NCBI GenBank assembly: GCA_965603825.1
Contig: CBFDEM010000039.1
Coordinates: 1 to 64,000, forward strand
Length of the DNA stretch: 64,000 nucleotides
From: Blepharisma stoltei ATCC 30299
Taxonomy: Eukaryota; Protista; Ciliophora
Direction: 5' to 3'
Shown: in pieces, positions 11,342-23,304 of the stretch
How the letters are laid out: every line of letters starts with the position of its first letter
Position numbering within the stretch: the stretch's first letter is position 1
Notes under the pieces: generated by a model
What the model saw: only the letters and a program-made list of their open reading frames with translations
The model's database searches: none
What the model was told of the DNA's origin: nothing
Made by a program: the position numbers and the translations under genes

Positions 11342-14300
11342 ATGAATATCATTCCCAAAAAGTCAAAGTCTAATGATCTGATTTCAAACAAGAAATCGTA
11401 TACAGCCTCAAAAAAGCTATGAATATTCATATTGGATTGCTTGATAGAATTATTTAGTCCTCAACTTTCCTCAAAATTCCCTTATAAACAGCAGATAGCC
11501 ATAGAAGCCATAAAAGACTTAATTGTCACTGCTCAAATTGTTTCAATTTCCTGATACCCAAGCATGCCAATTCACAACTGAGACTCACACTCACAGTTTT
11601 GAAGATCATTATTAATTTTAAACTATGACAACCTATGCAATTATTTTGGCTTATATAGTATATGCTACGTCATTGAATTTTCTTTATTATTTTATGCCAT
11701 TTTTGTAACAATTTTATGCTGCATCCTTAAATATTTTTGCCGAAGCCTTCCATTAATATTTCTTCACATAGCGAAAAAAATAATCAATGCTCTCACATCA
11801 ATTCTCTTTATTCCATTTTTACTCATTCCAATTGTTGTTTTTAAATATTCGACATTTCATAATAATCAAGTCCAAGAATATAGTGCAAATGATATATCAA
11901 AATATGATTATGGAAGCTATGGAACTGTTTTAAGCCCTTTTGTTTTGATTATCTTAATTATGATGGCTTTTATCAATGAGCTGTTTACTGCTGATTTAAA
12001 GCATTCAGAGTCAGACATAAATATAAGAGCGAGGTCGAATTCTTTATGAGATTTATTATGAATACTACTTTGCATAATTCAATGTTTACTATACGTATTT
12101 ATGGATACGCACTTGTATATTCACTATTTAATTATATCTTTAGTTATGAACTTATATTTATTTTATTTAGGGTTGAAGTTTTTGCATTATTATAAACCAA
12201 CAGGAATGCTAATTAAAATCTGTAAAGTTGGCACAATTTGTATTGTCAAATTATTTTTTATGCTTGGCTATGCAATGGATGATCCTGCATCTCTTCCTCT
12301 CCTTAGCATATTTATATCACCTTTATTTTCTATATATATGATCTATTTTGTCAACAAAAAATATTCGAAACTAAAAAGAATAACAAATTGCCCATTAAAT
12401 CAATTTGCTTTTGAGCGTGCCTTTAGGCACTATTTGATAGATAGCAAATGCAATAATAAAGAGGAAATCATTAGAGCATTTTGCCAATGTTCTATTCAGA
12501 ACGGTTTTAAATATAATGCCCTTTTTGTTATATGAGAAGTCAATTTTATCAGTCATATAGTCAAAAATCAAAGATTAGCAAGAGTAAAACTTGTAAAAAC
12601 GGCATATTTGCCATCAAATGCCGAAGGAGTTATCCAGAAACAAAAATTATTAAAATATTTAGAAGATGAATTATCCAGAAAATGGCCAGAAATTGACCAT
12701 TTAGAATATTTAACTAATTGTGAGGAAGTGAAAAAGCTTGATGAGGAATTCTGTATTATTTTAATGGATTTTTGAGCAGAAATTATTGATAAAACCTCAA
12801 AAATATCTAGAATCTGTAATTTTACTAATAGAATTTTTGATCTCTCATGCAAAATAAAAGCGCTTTATCTTAGTCTTATACACAAAAATAAACACTCTGA
12901 AGTGCTTGATTTATATGGGATGTTTTTAATAAATATTCTTGGGGAAAATGATGAAGGAAATTTGATTTTGCAAAGAAAGCAAAGTATTAAAAAAATTAAA
13001 TCAGGCATGGGAGATTTCGGAAAACCTTTAGAAGTTACGGAGCATACAGGCTTCATATTAATATCAACCGAGCCTGACTCTTTTGGAGCTATTTCTTATA
13101 TGAATGAAGAAGCTGCTTCAACCCTAAAAGTTTCATCCCTCGACATAGTTGGCGCTGATTTTGGTATTTTTATCCCTAAGCCTTTTTCCTTGATTCATAA
13201 AGACAAAATGAAAGAATTTTATCTCAATTGTAAGACAACTTCGATTCACAAGCCTCAGCCTTTGCCATTTTTGGATTCTACTGGACATATTATTGAGTGC
13301 ATGAACTCAATAAGAATAGTAGCTTTCAATGATAAAGCCTATTATATGGTTTCTTTTTCTAAGTTTAAATCATCGAGGCAATCAATACTTATATCTGAAG
13401 ATGGGTTTATTTATAGCCATACTGCAAAATTATCAACCTGAATTGAGTCAAAGATCAGTGACTTTCAGGACATGCATATATCTGAACTATCTTTTGGGAT
13501 TGATTTAAGGAAGTTAAAGACATTTGAGCCAGCTATCATTCAGCTGAAGCATAAAAGAATAGCGTTAGTATTCATAGTAAAAACAATAAAAGAAACTAAA
13601 ATAAACAATATTTTAGTGCTAAGAGATCAGAATGAAATAAAGCAATGGTTAAACAAAAATTGTGAAGAAAAAAATGGATTTTGTGATTATGATATGCCTA
13701 GCATCATAGAAGGTATTGAAGCATTTGCTACTGACCAAAATGCACAGTTAGATTATTTCGAAGAAAAAAACATTATGGATAATTCTCATGAAGAAAGCAG
13801 TTTTGATAAAAAATATCTGTACCAAGCTAACATAAGCAGCTTTTCCCAAAGTTCTACTACGGATCGTAAATTATATATAGAAAATGCAAATAGATTTATA
13901 AATGGCACTATTGCTGCTATAAAAGATTTTAAATGAATTTTGCTATTCACTGTACTTTTCACTTAGGTTATTTCTATGGTTGGGACAAATATTGGGATTT
14001 TGATATATATGGTAGATGATATTACTCATACAGACTCTTTAGAAACATTTCACCATCTTGGGCAGATCATGATTTATATTAGTTCAATTAGTGGCTTATC
14101 TAGGTCAATTGATTTAGGATTAACTAGAGGAATAGCAGGGCTGGCCAAAAATTTAGAGTATTTAGAAAACAATGTAAAAGCTTTGAGCGACTTAAAAACT
14201 ACAATCCTTGATGATAAATCAAGGTGGAATTATTGTGTTAGCTCAGATATTGTAGTAAAAAATATAATTCCAGTATGAGAATTTGAAAGGGATGATTTTA

Positions 14301-15514
14301 AATTGCAAAAATATAATCTTTATGACACTGTTTCTCTATTTATCGAGCATGTAATTTTTATTCAGGAGAAAGGCTTATTAGAAGATGCTAGACAAAAAGA
14401 TATTGACTATAGAAATCATTTAAAATGGCTTATGATTAATAGTCTAAGTTTTTCGTATCATTACATTGAAAATGCTTTATCAGATTTAGTTGATTGTGAA
14501 ACGAATAGAGTTGAAGAAACCAGCATAAGAATTAATTCGCTTTTGATGCTTGGAATATTTATTCTTATGATTTGTTTAGGCATTCTTCTTTATTTTATTG
14601 CTTTTTTAAAAGTTCATTATGAAAAATTTTGGAATTTTATTAAAAAAACTGTTGTAGCAAATTATCTTTTTATTAGACAAGCTTCTTTGGATCGACTTGT
14701 ATCAGTACATGGATCTGATTTAGGCCAAGACTATAGCTTTACTCAAAAGCCTGCTGCAACAAAGAATTTTTATATAAAAACGACACTCTCATGGAAATTC
14801 ATATGGAGATTAAGTTTTCTAGGTGTTGTTTCCTTATCTTTCTATTTATTGATATTGCTTTATTTTTATAAGGACTGCGAAATCTATATGATAAATCGTC
14901 CAAAGCTTCTTCAGACCCTAAACATTCGCCGATCTCTTTTATCACAAATTGGCTTTTATGCTAGAGATGCCTATCGTCCTATTGCCATAGGTTACTATCC
15001 AAACTCCTATAGTTTTGCAAACTCAAGTTCAGAGTTTCCTAGCTTAATTTCTTATTATAAAACCCATAGCTATGCGCTGTGCGAAAGTAATTTTAAGAGT
15101 TTGATTTCTCATAAACTAGGGAAAAATTTCTATGAGTCAGCTAAATATTCAGAATATGTCTTGGACTTCGGGATTAGGGCAGCTATAAATATTTTTCATT
15201 TTGACTCTTACTATATTGGCAATAGTGCTTTTATATCTGGAAAAGAATATTCTGATTATATTTCGCATTTTATGGTTTTGCAAGATGCGCTTGCTGATGC
15301 ATTTGATATGGCGAATACAAGCTCTAAGCAAGTTATTTCTGGCCAATTAAATTTGATTATATGGGTCACTGCTATTTTTTCTGCTGGTTTGGTTTTATTA
15401 TATTTAGCTTATTTTTTGCCTTTTTTCGAAAAGCAAACATATTTCTTGAGAAAAATGAAAATTTTGCCAAAAATGATTCTAATGAGTGAAAAAGACTTTA
15501 AAACAAAATTTTAA
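11342..15514 (+). CDS. Large multi-pass membrane protein with PAS domain (TmcB/TmcC-like), ~1380-1385 aa
   Basis: ATG at 11342. All five track ORFs share one frame via TGA=Trp. A 15-nt intron at 13952-13966 removes an in-frame TAG; a second probable intron lies at 14351-14365. PAS-like segment: GFILISTEPDSFGAISYMNEEAASTLKVSSLDIVGADFGIFIPKPFSLIH. TM clusters occur at both termini. Confidence 0.85.
13952..13966 (+). other. 15-nt spliceosomal intron GTACTTTTCACTTAG
   Basis: GT-AG, A at position 10; removal deletes an in-frame TAG. Confidence 0.9.
14351..14365 (+). other. Probable stop-free 15-nt intron GTAATTTTTATTCAG
   Basis: Fits the consensus of the other nine introns but is not required for the reading frame. 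Confidence 0.65.
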
Positions 15515-16503
15515 TCTTTTAGTTCCCAAAGCTTTATAGCTATAATAATTATAAGCAATAATTTTAAAAAAATAATAAAAGCTTTAGTTATTTTTTTGTT
15601 TTATATTGAAATAGAAATTTATTTCCAACTATTTTTTATAAAATACAATTTCGATGCTTTAGCTGAATACTATTTTTAAAATATCTAATTTATAGAATCA
15701 TAAAATAAACAGATATTTATAATAAATATTGATATCCACGAAAGGAAAACCCCTTTCACGAACAAAGAGCAATTGTTTATATCATAATATTCAAAAAGGA
15801 TCGACTATTTATAGATTGAAGCTAAGCAATAGGGACTTTTATAAATAATTTTGAAATAAGCCTAGGTTCTTCGGCATTTTCCAACGAAGCAATGATAATT
15901 TTTCTCAAAGATATTTTTAAAAATTATGATTTAAAATACTTTGAAACAGCTTAATGCAATTCTATTGTTTTAAAATGTTGTCAAAGGTAAGAAGAAAAAA
16001 AATTGTTTTGAGCAATTAAAATCCAAAGAAGCACCTTTAATTTTATTTAAAAGATATAGTGAGAGCGAGCCATATGCTTATTTTTAAATTGAGGATGGAA
16101 AAGTTTATTATAGAGCAATTTGCAATATAAATAGTTAAAAATTATTTTACAGAGGGTTTTAGGGAGGAACTTATTATTTTTGCTTTTATTGAATCAGTTT
16201 TATATAAGAAGTTAAGGACTATTTTTTATATTCTCAATAATTTTTACAAAAATTTATTAGAATTGCTACTAGATTGTGAGTATTCCTGTTAAGTGTTTTT
16301 GCAAGAATAAATCTCAGGAGAAGTGCAATGGCATGAAATTAACTTTACGCCTACGCTTTGTATCGAAGCATTTTTTCATATTTGATTTATTTGCAAAAAG
16401 CCGTTTTATATTTACATTAAAACCAACCTAAAATATTAACTTATTTATTATAATAGAAATTCTGTAAAATAAGATATAATAAAAAATTTATGATCAAAAA
16501 TAC

Positions 16504-19500
16504 TTAATAACTTTCTTGGTTTTGAGCTGTGCTCTTAAAAGAAACATCTAAAATTGGAGCATACTCTCTGCTCAACCGCCTTTCTGGCATACTCTTAGAA
16601 ATGCTTTGCTTTCTCTCCCCCAAATTAGAGCCCGATCTTGCAATAAGATTTTTTCTTCTCTTATTCAAAGATTCCCTTCTCCCTTTATTACTAAAATCAA
16701 ATTCGGTAATCCCAGTCTGAATATCAAGAACATTCCTCAAATCAGCGCTTCTTAGCTTGATCAACTCATCATCGTTTGCAGAGTCTTGATTTGCAATGTC
16801 AATTGGCAGGCCATCATGCTTGACAATTCTCTTCTCTATTTCTTCAAAGACATCAGGGTATTTTTCAAATGACTTCATTAAATCTTTTTTGTCTAAAGAA
16901 TAAGTATAGCACATGCTTTTTGCAATAACTGAAAATGTCGACTTCACTGACGTTAAAAATTCCAAATCGCCAATAAGAGATCCTTTTCTGAGGGTTTTCA
17001 AGATCGTTTTGCCATTGGCAGATATCAAAGCAATTGATCCTTCAATAATAAAGAAAATTTCATCACATGATTTTTCTTTATGAATAATATAGTCTTTTGG
17101 CAAGAAAAACTTGGGCTTTAAATATATTGAAATCTGCTCAAAAAACTTTCGTGAATCTTCAAACTGAAAATATGGGACTTTTTCAAGAATAGATCGACTG
17201 CATTCGAAAATTATGGACTTTGAAATGTTTCGAGGCAGGTATAAAAAGAGATTTCTATAGTCAACAGACCCATAGACAACATTCAAAGACGTTGTAAATG
17301 CATGATAAGATTCCAATTTCTTTATTAAACTATGGAACTTTTCTGAAGAGCTAGCTACACACATTGGAGATTTCAGTTTTTCTATATAATACTTCAAGTC
17401 AGATTGAGGAGTGGCAACCGCAGTTGCCATCAGCCCAAAAATGACAGCGTTCATCATATCTCCGAAGAAAATAAAAAAAATGGTTCAAATTCTTTCAGAA
17501 TCGTTTGCCTCAAGCATGAATCCACCATATCCAGTGCAAGTGAGAATATTCAGCACATGGAAAAGCGCTCAACTATACTGGTTCCCAGTTTCTGAATCTT
17601 GAAGATCATTATCTTTCACCCATGAAGAGTATCTTTCATTAAGGCTATAATAGAAAAATGAACAGCTCATAAAATGAATTAAGGCCAATACACAAATCAT
17701 GGTTTCCAAAAATTTCAATTGGGCTGAAAACTGTCTCAACCGATTTCTTATTTTAGCAAACAATGCTATAAGTCTAAAAGTAGCCACAAGCCTCAGCAGC
17801 CTTAAGAGGGTAATTAACACTATAGGATCTTCAATCTGCTCACTCGCAAAAATTATATTGAATGGCGATAATGAAAAGATATCTAAAGCAAAGCAAAGAG
17901 AAGATTCTTTGTAAACTTTATCTGTCCCACTTCAAAAAAAATAATTCTTGAAGTTAACAAAAATAAAAGCTGCAGAGACCAATAGGCTAATAATTTCTAT
18001 TCCAAATAGAAATCAATTGTACTCCATTTCAAACCCAATTTCTAAGGGCAACTCAAAAAGAATGTAGGTAAGAAAAAACATATATAGAAATGTAACAGAG
18101 TATCATGCATTAGATGATAGCTTTAGAAGTTCTTCAGATATAATTGCTTCCAGCAGCTTCTGGATATTAGCGTAGTATTTTTTTGAGATTTCTGGACAGT
18201 TATGAATCTTTGAGTTTATTTTTTCAAAAGAATTAATGGCTTCATCTAAAGTGTCTGAAGAAAAAGTGGCTATTAGCCTATTTTTTGCGAGCTCAGTTAT
18301 GCTGCTGTATCACTCTGGATAAGCTTCTCTTAGGTCCTTGATGCATTTTTCTTCTAAAATTCCTATTTTAGATACTTTTGCTGCAATTATATAAGTTGGA
18401 CTAGATTTTATTAGATCTACCATTGTTGGAATCTCTCCAAAATGATCCCCAGGATAGAGGATTTCTACTGTCTTTTTACCTTTAAAATCGATAACACGCA
18501 CTTCTCCATCAAGAATGATCAATAAATCATTCCTTTTTTCTCCTGCGTCAATAACAGGGTCCCCCGCCAAATAAATTTCGACTTTCAGAAGCCTGAGGAT
18601 TGATTTTGCCAAAGGCTCATTAATGCTCCCATCTTGATTTTTAAAGATATTAGCATTCTTAACAGCTTCAGAATATCTATAAAACTGAATATCTGACATC
18701 AAGGATGGAGGAAGCTCTTTTAAGATATTTTCATCATAAATTCCTTTGCTTGATCTCCATAAGTAGTCAAAATAATCATTTATTTTTCCCATAAAAATAC
18801 TGCCTAGCTGCTTTTTATCAATAAAATCTTTAACATACCAATAGCTATTTTCGAATGTAAATTTTGGATCAGAGGAACAGAGTTCTGCCACAAGTGAAGT
18901 TATGCTCCCAAACAAAATTGAGTAAGCAAAAAGTCCTATTAAAAAGACAAAGCAGTTATATGCTTTCTCAGAAGGCGAATTGCTGACGACCCATCCATAC
19001 CCAGCATGCGAAACCACAATTGATGACCAATGAAATGCGTGTGTATAGACTGTATCCCTAGTAAGGGGTTCAGAGCTGTTAGTCCTATATTGTTCAGGTT
19101 GAGGAGATGGGACTCTTGATAATCATGAGTGCATTACATCTTCTCTTTTAGCACATTCTATGAAATAAGATCCACAAAAATGATTTACCATTACATAAAC
19201 CACCATTACTTCAAATACTCGAAGATAAGTGAAAATTTTGAAATGCTTCTTTTTCATATAAAAAAAGAAACCTGCGATGTAATAAAATCCTGTCAGTCTA
19301 ATTGTTGAAAATATAGCTACAAGTTCCCTTGGCTCCGTAAGATCACTAGATTTAAAAATTAGGGCAAAGGGAATAGCCAGTATTAAATTGTGGATAAACT
19401 TATTGAAAGCTCTGCTGGGGTTGGAAAATTGGAATCTCTTTTCTTTTGGTAAAGCTGGAATAGATGTGAGAGCACGGCGAAGCTCCAGATAGTAAAGGCT

Positions 19501-22500
19501 ATTGAGAAGATACAGCAAAATAGATAAAATTTCTAAAGCCAGCAAAGCTGGACTATATTCATATTCAAATGCAATTTGGAGAGGAGTAAAAATGAAATTA
19601 TATAAGTTCAAGATGAAATATATATAATGTTTGGCAGGAGAACTATAGAGATTGAGAAAACTAAGGCTGATATTTAGCCTCTTGACAATAATTTCGCCTG
19701 GTGGAAAGCTTTGGACTTCTCTGGAAGTCATCATTGTTTCGTTTTCAGCTAGCTCAGACTTTGCTTCTTCTTTTAAATTATTAATGACTGCTTCTTCATC
19801 TTTGAGATTATTCGGGAACTCCAGGCTTTTCCTTTTTTGAATGATCATCCTGCTCATGTTTTCTCTTTCGTCAGCCAATTTTCTCACCTTAATAGAGAAC
19901 TCTGGATAAGTCTCCATGACGAAATTAAAATCATGCTTTAAAAGGACAGCAATAGTCAGATCTGTACTTGCCCTCACTGTCGCTCTCCTTGCAGAAGAAA
20001 AATTACTTAAAAGGGCCATTTCTCCAAAAACAGTGCCTTTGGTCAAAGTATTTAGCACAATCCCAGATGAAATGATTTGGACTTCTCCATCAAGAATAAA
20101 ATACATTTGGAGACCAAGTTCGCCTTCAGCTATTATTTGCTCATCTTTACATGCCATTAAAAGCTTGAATTTTTTTACTATAGCTAGAATGGCTCCTTTT
20201 TCTTCTTCTGGGAAAAAGCCTGACTTTATCAAGCCAGAAAATAAATAATACTTTATGTCAGTTCTTAAGGTTTCTGGAAAGTCCTGCATGATTTCTTCGT
20301 CGTCACAGCCTTGGAGCTTGCTTCAGAGTAATTCATAATAATCAAGCACCCTTTTCTTTAGTTCTTTTGAAAGCTTACTATGGTTCATTCAGCTTTTGAC
20401 AGTCTTCAGCTTCTTGGTGTGCTCAGTGTAGGTTTTATAATAATTTGAGGCAAGACTTGCAGCCTCACCAATAATAAATGCTGCTAAAATCATAGAAAAT
20501 ACCATAAACATGATATTCAAACATTTTTCTGCAACAGTAGGCACTGGTACATCTCCATATGCTCCAGATGTGCTTATTGAATATCCGAAATACAGTAAAT
20601 TAACGTATTGATCGTAAATAGGAATATCTGTAATTATTTTTCCAGGTTCATAATAATTATTTAGTGGAAACTGGCTAATAAAGTTTTGATCATTAAATCT
20701 TGCGTCAGGATTAGCCCAGTATTGCAGCTTCCCTAAATAATAAGAGATGCATGCAATAAAATGGCTGTAGTAAATTGTAACAATAAAAAGAAGCAGCAGT
20801 CTAGAATACGACAAGGATGCATGAGAGTGGGATAAAAAACTTTGGGAAAGCTTAAGGATTCGTTTTACTTTGAAGAGTCTCAGAATCCTAAAAAAGGCAG
20901 GCACATATTGAGCTGATCCTAAACCTGTACAGATAAAATCTATTGGAACAAGAGAAACCAAATCTCACCATAAAAATTTATTGACATAATATTTCCTAAT
21001 AGACGGAATATCTTCTATATATGTTCCTAGTTCTGTATATATTGAGGTGTATAAGTGAATAGGTATATCAACTAAATATACAATATAAGCAATAATATCT
21101 ATTGGGAGCCATATTCCATCTGCATGGTATTGAAATGCGATAGCAAAGGGGATATAAAACAGATAAAATGCAAAACTTAAATATAGTAGTAAGCTTCACG
21201 CATAAAAGCAAGGAGAAAACGCATCAATTAAAAATCCTTCATACTGATCATTATTTCTCGCAGAAAAGAATCATCCAATTCAATTTCTCTCACAAGAAAT
21301 TTTCTGATTTTGAGGACTTTCTTCTTCAATACGTGATTTGCCAGGAGATTCTGGGCTTGGGTCTTCAATCTGGTTTTCATCTCCGAAATCCAAATCTTCA
21401 ACTTTTGTAGTCTCCAGTCTTTGGCGTGCAACCCTTATTAAATAATCTTGGTATTCTGGGAACTCATTGAGTATTTTACAAAGATCTTGTTTGCATATAG
21501 ATGATACCATCGCTGCAGTATAAGCTTTTACAGATACAGTTCTCAGCATATCCAATAGAATCCCAATTTCTCCGAAATAATCGCCTTCATGTAAATAAGC
21601 AATTGTTTTATTAGAGTCAGCTGCAATTACTTCAACGATGCCTGTCTTTATAAAGAAAAAATCATCTGGCACATCAGCTTGCCTTATGATATAGTCTCCT
21701 TTCATAAAAATCTGCAGTGTTAAGCACTCAGTCATTGCTAGCACAAATCCAGGATGAGCTGATGAGAATAATTTTATTTTAGGTATAAGGTCTTCATGCA
21801 TAGCTTCAGAAATTTCGTTTTTAAGAGAACATGGCAAGTCTTCTAAGAAATCTACGTCAATTAGGTAAGAAAAGCGGCTTCTAATTGACCAGTAATAAGC
21901 CAAAACTCGATCCTTCAGTCTTGGGCTCAGCTGCCTAAGTTTGCATCATTTTTTGACCCTTTCCAGTCTCTCTTGTGCCTCGAATTCTTTGAGATTTAAA
22001 GTAATCAAAATAAAAACGATGTTCCCAGATATCCAAGCACACATAGAAGCCCCAACAACCATAATAAAAGAAGACGCGTATTTTTCTGCTAGTGTGAATG
22101 GAGTTGTGTCATTATAAGCTATAGTTGACAAGGTGGCAGTCGCCCAAAACACTGCATCTGTATAAATTTCATAATTTTCCGCCCCACCGTCAATCCAAGG
22201 CTGAAGCCAAGTCCCTTGATTTCCACAGTCTATTTCTACTCTTGCCACAAACAGAAGCAGCATCCCACAATAGTGCAACGTCCCTAATAGTAAAATTAAA
22301 TTTTTGCAAATTCTCATAAAATACCCTTGTGGAGCATTTGCAATTATTTCTTGACTCGAAAAGAAAGTTGAGAGCTGGAAAAGTCGCAGAAGTTTGAAAG
22401 ATCTGAGCGCTGCAATAATGTACCCATGCAAATTCATTCCAAAAAGTAACGCCAAAAAGGAGTATGGGACTGAAGACAGACAAAGGGATACTTTTACCAA

Positions 22501-22887
22501 AAGCATTTCCTTCTCATGAAGCATCCACATTCTTGCTCAGATCTCAGAATTTCTGAAAACAAATCGAGAAATCAAATCGATAAGCAGGGCCAGTTCAAAT
22601 ATAATCTCCAAAGCTAGCCAAACTGACCATGGGAATCCTTTGATTCCTAAAAAGTAAGGAACTGTGAAAAGGTTGTATAGGTTCACGGTAAATATTAGGA
22701 ATGACCATTTGTTCTGAAAATCGCTTTTTCTGCTTGATGCAAGCTTTGCAAGGGTTGATTCGAGTTTTTCTGAGCTTGGCTTGAGTCTTTTTTTCTTGGC
22801 TTCTCAGTCTCCGCTAAGTTGTTCAAAGCCAGGGTTATAGTTTCCTTTTTCTATTGAAGCTCTCCTGGCTATTGTTGGGCTAATCAT
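16504..22887 (-). CDS. Single-chain four-repeat (6TM-pore-CNBD)x4 cyclic nucleotide-gated channel, CNGK-like architecture, 2127 aa
   Basis: One uninterrupted 6384-nt frame from ATG 22887 when TGA=Trp. It has four pore segments (TIAYND, SGAYGD, HAGYGW, CTGYGG), each followed by a C-linker and a cNMP-binding domain (GDYFGEI, GTVFGEM, GDHFGEI, GSLIGDL). Confidence 0.92.
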
Positions 22888-23304
22888 ATTATTTAACTCT
22901 AATTTGATACTATAATTTAACCTCGAAAATGCACAAGATTTTAATTTTCTTATTTTTTACAGAATTGCCTTGATTTCAGATCTTGATTGGATAAAATCAA
23001 GATAATCTCTGCCATTTTCTTTTGATAATTGATGATTTATCTAAAAACTAAGAAGCTAACTTATGGTCTTGATTTATAGTCAAAGAATAAGAGTCAGCTA
23101 CCTAAGAAAATATACACTAAAAATTCTTCTAAGATATATTTATCTATCAAAATTATTTGCAATATTGTAGCTTTGGATGATGAAGGTTATACTATTTTTC
23201 AGTTCCCATACCTTTTAGTATTTGAATGAAGCTTTAATCGATTGCCAAAATAAGAAATAATGTTATACTCTCTTTACATAGGGAAATTATGCGAATGAAA
23301 TTAC

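Noticed and set aside
15720-16130. Possible decayed coding fragment
   Set aside because: Needs several stops and frameshifts and matches nothing I recognise.
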